Shown one piece after another: positions 57,211-64,000 of a stretch of DNA of 64,000 nucleotides. Where the stretch lies: positions 64,001 through 128,000 of the forward strand of contig CAYSHM010000003.1 of NCBI GenBank assembly GCA_964430885.1, in the 5' to 3' direction. The notes under the pieces were generated by a model. The model was not told where the DNA came from. It did no database searches and was given only the letters and a program-made list of their open reading frames with translations. The translations under genes and the position numbers were made by a program. The stretch's first letter is position 1; the number at the start of each line of letters is the position of its first letter. This stretch comes from an uncultured archaeon. Lineage in GTDB: Archaea > Thermoplasmatota > Penumbrarchaeia > JASLWR01.

Positions 57211-58881
57211 CTATTCCGACTCAAAGGGCCAGGCCTTCATTCCACCCTCCAAAACCGAAAGGTTCCCGAACCCCATATGCTTCAATCGAAGGAAACTCTC
57301 GTACGCCCGCCTTCCCACATTGCACAGGATTACTACCTCTTTATCCTTCAAAGCCTCAAGTTCAAGCAGCCGCCCCTCAAAATCGGTCATGGAAATGTTC
57401 AGAGAACCTGGGATCGTGCTTATCATGTACTCGGGTATCTCCCGGACATCCAAGATCACACCGTTCCAATTCGGACCCTTCATCTTTCCATGCAGTTCCC
57501 AGGGATTTATACTTTGGAGCTTCCCCTTGAGCTTGTTGGAAAGCACGGTAGCTGCCAGGTTCAGGGGATTTATAGCCGAGGAATAAGGCGGTGAATAGGC
57601 AAAATCCATCTTGGCAAGATCATCAGCCTTGGCCTTTAATGTAATGGAAGCTACTAGAGCGTCCAAAGGTTTATCCACGCATCCCTCACCGAATATCTGC
57701 CCGCCCAATATTCCCCTGGATTCGGCGTCTGCCACCAATTTTATGAATATCTTCTCGGCACCGGGATAATAATGAGCCCGGTCATCCGCTGGCACCAGTA
57801 CTGAGACCACATCGTATCCTGCCTTGTTTGCCTCTTCCTCGCTCATACCGGTTTTTCCCACACCCATATCGAAAATCTTTACTATTGAAGTACCGAGAAC
57901 ACCTGGGAAATGATCCGTCTCTCCGGACAATGTCATAGCCGTAGCCCTTCCCTGTTTATTCGCGGTGGATCCCATGGGCACCCATACCTCATCTCCCGAT
58001 ATGCAGTGCTTTGTGGTTGCACAGTCTCCAGCTGCAAATATTTCGTCAATATTCGTGGTACCGTCAGGTTGCACACAGATGGCTCCACCTGTGCCGCATT
58101 TGATGCCAATATCGTCACATAGATCAGTATTTGGTCTTACCCCTATACTAACCAGAACTGCGTCGGCCTCTACGACACCCTTGTCTGTCATCACCCTTGT
58201 TACCCATCCATCCTCCCCTTCAAAGGCCTTTACACAGGTTGAAGTCATGATGTTCAAACCCATCTCCGCAGCATGGTTCTCTATGAAAATTGATATCTCA
58301 GGATCGAAAAGTGGAATAATTCTGGGAAGCATCTCTATGACCGTAACATCAACACCCTGCTCCTTCAGGTTCTCGGCGGTCTCCATACCAATATACCCGG
58401 CACCAACAATGGTTACTTTTTTAACCTCATCGGACACAATCCGTTTTTTGATCCTTACAGCATCAGGGACGTTCCGGAGGGTATAAACACCATCCAGTTC
58501 AATTCCTGGCAATGGAGGTAAAAAGGCCCTAGCTCCAGTAGCCAATACTAATTTCCGATATCCAAATTGTTTCATTTCTCCATTCTCGATAAGCTCCACT
58601 TCAACGACCTTATCCTGGGGCTTAATCTCAACTACCTTATGCCCGGTGAATATATCCAGATTCCGAGAGGCACTGAGTTCCTCCGGGGTGTTCACAAGAA
58701 GCTGTCTCTGAGTGGTTATCACATCACCGATATAATAAGGGAGGCCGCATCCTGCATAGGATATGTGTTCATCATCAGTAAGCACAGCTATTGACCAATC
58801 CTGCCTTTCACGCCTGGTTTTGGCTGCAACCTTCGTTCCGGCAGCAACTCCGCCGATAACTACCACATCGTATCTATTCAT
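57211..58881 (-). CDS. CoA-disulfide/persulfide reductase with C-terminal rhodanese domain
   Basis: GGVAAG, SYAGCGLPY, GAGYIG, AAGD, YSPPYS; rhodanese DVRE..E and CNVGRRA. Confidence 0.92.
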   Translation of the reverse strand: MNRYDVVVIGGVAAGTKVAAKTRRERQDWSIAVLTDDEHISYAGCGLPYYIGDVITTQRQLLVNTPEELSASRNLDIFTGHKVVEIKPQDKVVEVELIENGEMKQFGYRKLVLATGARAFLPPLPGIELDGVYTLRNVPDAVRIKKRIVSDEVKKVTIVGAGYIGMETAENLKEQGVDVTVIEMLPRIIPLFDPEISIFIENHAAEMGLNIMTSTCVKAFEGEDGWVTRVMTDKGVVEADAVLVSIGVRPNTDLCDDIGIKCGTGGAICVQPDGTTNIDEIFAAGDCATTKHCISGDEVWVPMGSTANKQGRATAMTLSGETDHFPGVLGTSIVKIFDMGVGKTGMSEEEANKAGYDVVSVLVPADDRAHYYPGAEKIFIKLVADAESRGILGGQIFGEGCVDKPLDALVASITLKAKADDLAKMDFAYSPPYSSAINPLNLAATVLSNKLKGKLQSINPWELHGKMKGPNWNGVILDVREIPEYMISTIPGSLNISMTDFEGRLLELEALKDKEVVILCNVGRRAYESFLRLKHMGFGNLSVLEGGMKAWPFESE

Positions 58882-58939
58882 TCGTTCTCACCAATCCAAT
58901 CTGATACTATTCAAAGTCGATTTCCAATCGATAATATTG

Positions 58940-59233
58940 CTATTTATGGCATTTCTCAATACATCTCAGAATACCGCATACGTTCTGGTCCCTTACCCGA
59001 TATTTGTGAACATTCCCTTCCTTGACATAATCCACTATCCTCTGGTTCCTCATGGCCTGAAGGTGCTGTGAGACAGTTGCCTGGGGTATCTTCAGGAACT
59101 CCTGGATCTCTGAAACAGAATGGGGGCCATTTTCCATGAGAGACAGTATCCTCAGCCTCACGGGATGGGACAGCACCCTGAACCTTTGGGACACATCGTC
59201 GAGAAATTTATCCTTCATGTAACATACTTTCAT
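58940..59233 (-). CDS. ArsR/SmtB-family repressor
   Basis: LSHPVRLRIL, SVSEI, TVSQHL; Cys residues at both termini. Start 59233 chosen from the TATA position. Confidence 0.9.
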   Translation of the reverse strand: MKVCYMKDKFLDDVSQRFRVLSHPVRLRILSLMENGPHSVSEIQEFLKIPQATVSQHLQAMRNQRIVDYVKEGNVHKYRVRDQNVCGILRCIEKCHK

Positions 59234-59270
59234 GCTATCGGAATAGCACATCAATATTCGAATATATAAA
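59233..59270 (-). promoter_or_regulatory. Promoter/operator of the ArsR sulfur operon
   Basis: Minus-strand TTTATATA at ~59263-59270, palindrome ATATTCGAATAT (59254-59265), inverted repeat TGCTAT-N4-ATAGCA (59233-59248). Confidence 0.55.
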
Positions 59271-59383
59271 TATTAATATATAGTTTACAGAAATCTGTTT
59301 TTTTCGATATAAAATGAAAGATCAAATCCCCCTCAAAACGCTGTGTTCAGCTTTCAGTGAAGATGCCTTGTTTGAGGAGGATT

Positions 59384-61906
59384 TCAGGCGTTTGCCGGTT
59401 CGTACGGATTGAAAGCGGGATCCCCATGGAGCACGTAATGCTGGAACATGATATAGGATTCAGCCCGGATAGCTCCGGAAGAGATGTCCTCCGGGAGATA
59501 TTTGTTCTTTGCATTCCGAAGTGCAATACCTGCCGTTTCATCCTTGACAAGTTCTTCAAGGAAATATTCGCTCAGAAGAACTGCACCCTCCGGCTCCAAG
59601 AACCTCATATCGAAATCAAGGTCGGGATCGATCCAGCCCAGAGTTGAGCGTGTGGCGCCAACATAAGCGTTCACGCCGCCGTGCATATAGGTCATTGCCA
59701 AGGCGTTCCGGGGATTGAGACCGTCAATCCGACCTGTGATGCATGATACCAGGAAAAAGGTGGACGGACCGAATGATAGCTCCCTTGTGTTGGTAACATC
59801 GTAAGCACTGCCTCCGGCGGTCTTCTCCCATCTGCAGGACGGCACATACCAGTAGTAGTTGCCGTGAACTCCTCCAATGACATAATTGCTGCCCTCCTGG
59901 AACTGGCTGGTTAGTTTGATGTCGGAGGCCTCCTCAGATGAATGACGCACATCCTCAAATCCTCCCTGAGTATATAGGTTCACACAGTGATCTACCAGGG
60001 TTCCGTACATGGTCTCTACGGGTATCTTCGATCCCAGGAAAGCATAGGCGTTGTTCTTCCAGGATTTGTCCGAGTCCACCGAATAGGTATCCTGATTATC
60101 TATGATATCGTAATAGAAGAAGGTCCTGGCCAAAATGGACGATACGTCCTTGGCATCCCATCCGCATAATCTGCCGATGGGCAGTTCAACATCCTGAATC
60201 GCAGCATCCACCAATCCATCTCCTAGATCCATATTGGTATCTGCAGGGTCGATATCAATATCGGCATAATAGATGTCGCCAGGCTGACCCACACCGTGTG
60301 AAGGGTTCTCTCCGCCCACATGGTAATAATGGGGGATCATGTTTGTATCGGCTATGATCCCTATATTGACGGGATCGTCATAGTAATTGTCAGCCATATC
60401 CACAAGCATATTTCCATTTTTCAGAATGACGTTGGGGTCGAATCCTCTTATCTCGGCCAGCAGTTCCATGAGATCGGCCCGGACAATATAGGCTCTCTCA
60501 TTGGCATGTTCCATAGCCGCTGGAGACATGCTGGGCTCCTCACAGCTGACATCCTGGGTCTCACCCAGATAATGCATTGCATACTCGGTCTTGGCCAGGA
60601 CCACCCCCTTTCTGAACGAGGCAAGATAAGGAGCCAAGGAAGATAACTTGGGCATCAGGGGATAAATGGGGGAATCCAGATCAGTGATCCTCACCGACAT
60701 CTGGAACTGGACGGGGATCTCATTAACATAGGGTACCGGCACTCCTTCATAGGTCATTCTTCCCTCTACGTGGAGAACATATTTGCCTGTTCGATTTAAC
60801 ACTGGCAGATCGAAATCAACTATCTCCATGTTGTTGTCCTTGTATCCGGCAGGGGTTCCAAAATAATTCACCTCGATCATGTTTCCCTCATCGTTCTCCC
60901 AGAGGACAAATACATACATTCTCTCACCATCGATCTCATCCTGTTCATGAGGATAATAGGAAAGGGATATTCTCATCATGGAATTCTCATACTCTCCAGG
61001 CACCTCCAGTTCAAAATCCACACCCTCAGACATCTGCTCCAATCCCGCATAGGCACCGGTGCTGGACACGTGGAATACCTCACCCTGAAATTCTCTTTGA
61101 AATTCATCGGTCACGGCTGGGAATTCCGCGTCCGCAGGGTTGGCAATTGCTACATATTCAGGCTGCATCTGGAGCCCTCGTTCCATGAACTCCATCACCA
61201 GAGAATTTGTGGTTGTCATATTAACAATATCCAGAACTTTGCCGTATCCTTCTATGTCTCCGCAGGTGATTGTATATTTCACATCCAGAGATCTCATTAC
61301 GCCTCTGACCTCCGCATCCATATCGTCGGTTATGATTATTGGTATATTAACATAGCTGGCCAGAGGTGCTGCCCAAAGGGCCTCCTGATATCCCGTTTCA
61401 TCCTTCTTCACTATGACAGCCCCGTCAGAGCTCTGCCAGAACATTTCGGCCAGACCCAATGAGGTTACTTTGGGGCATGAGAACGGCACCTTTGCTGCAA
61501 TATCATAGCCGTGATCATCCGCCGGACCAACAAGAACAACACTGTCAGGAAGATAGGAGTTGTAAAACCGTTCCAGAGGATCCTGCACTGAATCTGGCTG
61601 GGGAACATCCACCAGAAGCGGACAGGATTTCATCCCGCTCCTGTTGTAGTAGCAACCCAAAGGTGTGGCCATCAGTGCAAAATATGCCGAATTGCCGGAT
61701 ACTATCAGACCTTTGGCATCACTATGGCGGACTGAATTAGAAGCCAATAGATCATTTATAGTAGCCGCCGGGACTCCGCTGTCCTTTTTGGTGACATTCC
61801 AGACCATAAAAGCGGATATCAGAAATATGAAAACCAATACCACTGCAATAATTTTTTTCCTTTTACTGCCAGTACTTGGTTGGGTATTTTTCTTATCAGC
61901 TGTCAT
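59384..61906 (-). CDS. Membrane-anchored C25 (gingipain-family) cysteine peptidase
   Basis: N-terminal TM, GDIYYAD, ELPIGRL, VHGN (His), LVSCITG (Cys), AYVGATR, YVLHGDPA. Confidence 0.85.
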   Translation of the reverse strand: MTADKKNTQPSTGSKRKKIIAVVLVFIFLISAFMVWNVTKKDSGVPAATINDLLASNSVRHSDAKGLIVSGNSAYFALMATPLGCYYNRSGMKSCPLLVDVPQPDSVQDPLERFYNSYLPDSVVLVGPADDHGYDIAAKVPFSCPKVTSLGLAEMFWQSSDGAVIVKKDETGYQEALWAAPLASYVNIPIIITDDMDAEVRGVMRSLDVKYTITCGDIEGYGKVLDIVNMTTTNSLVMEFMERGLQMQPEYVAIANPADAEFPAVTDEFQREFQGEVFHVSSTGAYAGLEQMSEGVDFELEVPGEYENSMMRISLSYYPHEQDEIDGERMYVFVLWENDEGNMIEVNYFGTPAGYKDNNMEIVDFDLPVLNRTGKYVLHVEGRMTYEGVPVPYVNEIPVQFQMSVRITDLDSPIYPLMPKLSSLAPYLASFRKGVVLAKTEYAMHYLGETQDVSCEEPSMSPAAMEHANERAYIVRADLMELLAEIRGFDPNVILKNGNMLVDMADNYYDDPVNIGIIADTNMIPHYYHVGGENPSHGVGQPGDIYYADIDIDPADTNMDLGDGLVDAAIQDVELPIGRLCGWDAKDVSSILARTFFYYDIIDNQDTYSVDSDKSWKNNAYAFLGSKIPVETMYGTLVDHCVNLYTQGGFEDVRHSSEEASDIKLTSQFQEGSNYVIGGVHGNYYWYVPSCRWEKTAGGSAYDVTNTRELSFGPSTFFLVSCITGRIDGLNPRNALAMTYMHGGVNAYVGATRSTLGWIDPDLDFDMRFLEPEGAVLLSEYFLEELVKDETAGIALRNAKNKYLPEDISSGAIRAESYIMFQHYVLHGDPAFNPYEPANA

Positions 61907-62293
61907 TGTAAAACACTCTCACATCAATTTATCCTCCGAAGCCGAGGGTATAATATTCTAGTATTATAAATCCAAATTATTAGTATCTTGCTTCATTTCT
62001 AACTTAAATATTAATAGGGTCGGCAGGTAACATATTTTTTAATCTAAAAGTAATCAGGAACAAGGCATCAATGTTTCCTTAAATAATATAGGGGAGATAA
62101 TGGTCAAAGGAGATATTTAGGAAATACATTAATACATAATTGGATATGGACATGAGATAGCATTCTGAGGACAAGCCATAACATCGATCTAGATGACATT
62201 CTCTTCAATTAATTACTCACTGCTGCCGTCCCCGCTACATAAGAAGATTATGAGTTTCGGCGCCAAATACAGAGAACCTAAGAAGGAAATACC

Positions 62294-63577
62294 ATGAGCC
62301 AGGAAAAAAGTAAAACAAGAAGGGGTTATTTAATTCTGCTCGGTGCTCTGCTCACCATTTCCCTGCTCATCTCCCTGTCCGCTCTGGGCTATTATGCTCA
62401 CCTCATCATCAATGTCGATGATATGAAAGGGACCACCGAATTAAGGGGAAGCTATTTTGACGATAGGGACCGAGAGGTTCCAGGAGTCAAGGTCAGCATA
62501 GAAGGGACTGGCCTTGATACCTATACGGATGAAGATGGAGATTACCGATTGAAAGACGTTCCCTCAGGGGAACAGACCGTGATCTTTGAAAGGGGCGGAT
62601 TCCCAACGCTGAAGGTTAAGAACATAATGTTCCCCGAAAGCAGATTGAAAAACGGTAGAAAATACAATATTCTTCATATTCCTGACAACTTAGAGGGAGG
62701 AACCTTGGTTGAAAAACCCCATTATCACTATGACAGGATCGCAGGTGGAAGCGAGAATACCTCAATGAACGGTACTATACAGGTTTACGGAAAGGACTTC
62801 AATCTCACTTCGGTGAATGTCTTAAACAAGACTGCGGACCTCGCCAACATTACCATTTCCGATAAAAACAGATTCCGTATTGTAGGCGTGGAACCCGGCC
62901 CCATGATGTTCAACGCTACAACCGATGGCGGAAAATATATTGGGCTGGCATTTCTCAAAAGAGGAGGTAACAACATAACCTTTGAGATATCCGGCAGTAA
63001 TCTCAAACCTGTTGGAGGATACGATGAGGTCCAGATCAACCTCTCCTTCACCGATCTTCCAATGGATACAAATCCATCGGTCTACATCACCCCGCGTCTG
63101 GAAAATCCACTTAACCGCACCATGGCTTCCAATATCACAGGGTTTCCCATGGGTGATTCCATTGAGTTCCTACACGGTATAGATGATTTCATGGTTCTAG
63201 AGGGGCACACCTACATGATCGAGGTTCTGGTGCCCGGCCATGAAGCGGTGATCTACAGTGAGTTCATTTACAACGGAACAAACACCATCCAAAGGGAATT
63301 GGGCGATGAACTTGGAATTGAAGTATACTCCTATTCCCTTTCTGCCTATATCGTTGCTGTGATATATCTCCTTGTCCTTTCTGCCGTAATAGCCTACGGC
63401 ATCCCCTTCGCTTTCAGGGGAAAGAGTTTCGGACGATGTTTGGTCTCAATTCTGGCGGTCTTCTTCAGCAGCGCTTCAATCCCTCTGGAGGCTGTGCAGA
63501 ACAATATAGCACATAACTGGATATTGGGAATTGCTGCCTTCTTCCTTCTTTTAGCATACAGAAAAGAGTTCAAGTAA
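62294..63577 (+). CDS. Membrane protein with carboxypeptidase-regulatory-like domain and C-terminal TM helices
   Basis: N-terminal TM, VPGVKVSI...TDEDGDY.L..VP.G, three C-terminal hydrophobic segments. Confidence 0.75.
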   Translation: MSQEKSKTRRGYLILLGALLTISLLISLSALGYYAHLIINVDDMKGTTELRGSYFDDRDREVPGVKVSIEGTGLDTYTDEDGDYRLKDVPSGEQTVIFERGGFPTLKVKNIMFPESRLKNGRKYNILHIPDNLEGGTLVEKPHYHYDRIAGGSENTSMNGTIQVYGKDFNLTSVNVLNKTADLANITISDKNRFRIVGVEPGPMMFNATTDGGKYIGLAFLKRGGNNITFEISGSNLKPVGGYDEVQINLSFTDLPMDTNPSVYITPRLENPLNRTMASNITGFPMGDSIEFLHGIDDFMVLEGHTYMIEVLVPGHEAVIYSEFIYNGTNTIQRELGDELGIEVYSYSLSAYIVAVIYLLVLSAVIAYGIPFAFRGKSFGRCLVSILAVFFSSASIPLEAVQNNIAHNWILGIAAFFLLLAYRKEFK

Positions 63578-63647
63578 GAAGAAAAAATGGATTCAGCATA
63601 GAAAACTGACCAGTAAAGAAAAATCATATATTTCACGGTGAGATTTT

Positions 63648-64000
63648 TTGACATCCCATAATCCTGAGAATGAAATACCTGAACCTAAGTCTTCACCGTC
63701 TGTTATTAGGATAATTCTAATGAGTATCGTATTGACCATTGTAATGGCCATAATCTGCGGCATCATATTTTCAGCGTTATTCATTACTAGCAAACTGGTT
63801 GATATGCCTGGATTTCTTAGTGATAATCGGTGGTTATTGTCTATAATAATCGGTTTGTCGGTTCTGTTCATTCAGCTGACAAGTCACTTCTACCACAAGA
63901 GGATCATGTTCCTTCCATTTTTCCTATCTTCCATGGCTCTAGGTATTATAATTTACGGGTTCATCGCTACAATGATCACCTCGACAATGTATGCTGTCCT
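63648..64000 (+). CDS. Polytopic membrane protein, 3'-truncated by window edge (not in ORF track)
   Basis: GGTGA then TTG. The frame stays open to the end with three hydrophobic helices (IILMSIVLTIVMAIICGIIF, WLLSIIIGLSVLFI, FLPFFLSSMALGIIIYGFI). Confidence 0.7.
   Translation, partial: MTSHNPENEIPEPKSSPSVIRIILMSIVLTIVMAIICGIIFSALFITSKLVDMPGFLSDNRWLLSIIIGLSVLFIQLTSHFYHKRIMFLPFFLSSMALGIIIYGFIATMITSTMYAV

Overview
Chromosomal segment of an archaeon, most likely Thermoplasmatota. Evidence: rps6e-aIF2gamma-PIN, RfcL, TopoVI-B, TFS, A-ATPase D, A1:U72 initiator tRNA, AGT-EndoV fusion, DUF835, PGF-CTERM surface proteins and a C25 peptidase. It holds about 48 CDSs and two tRNAs (iMet-CAT, Val-CAC). 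I found no CRISPR array, integrase or transposase. Much of the window encodes large secreted or membrane-anchored Ig-like proteins, including a probable S-layer protein. Best leads, all from by-eye motif recognition and needing HMM or structure checks: (1) an orphan three-gene contractile-injection/phage-tail module (1473-3303) whose first protein carries an inserted tail-sheath-like domain; (2) three adjacent genes (47302-55882) with eukaryote-like trafficking features: a beta-propeller + adaptin-ear/platform-like + DUF835 protein, a DPY-repeat protein, and a LamG receptor with a cytoplasmic C4HC3 RING-like finger ending in FGDL; (3) an Hsp90/HtpG gene followed by a protein with a ubiquitin-like N-terminal domain; (4) a recurrent [TS]R motif after the signal peptides of many surface proteins, in a window that also encodes a gingipain-family peptidase. 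Also noted: a frameshifted surface gene, a ten-fold CxxC-repeat zinc protein, a persulfide-handling operon with a candidate operator, and two CDSs missed by the ORF track.
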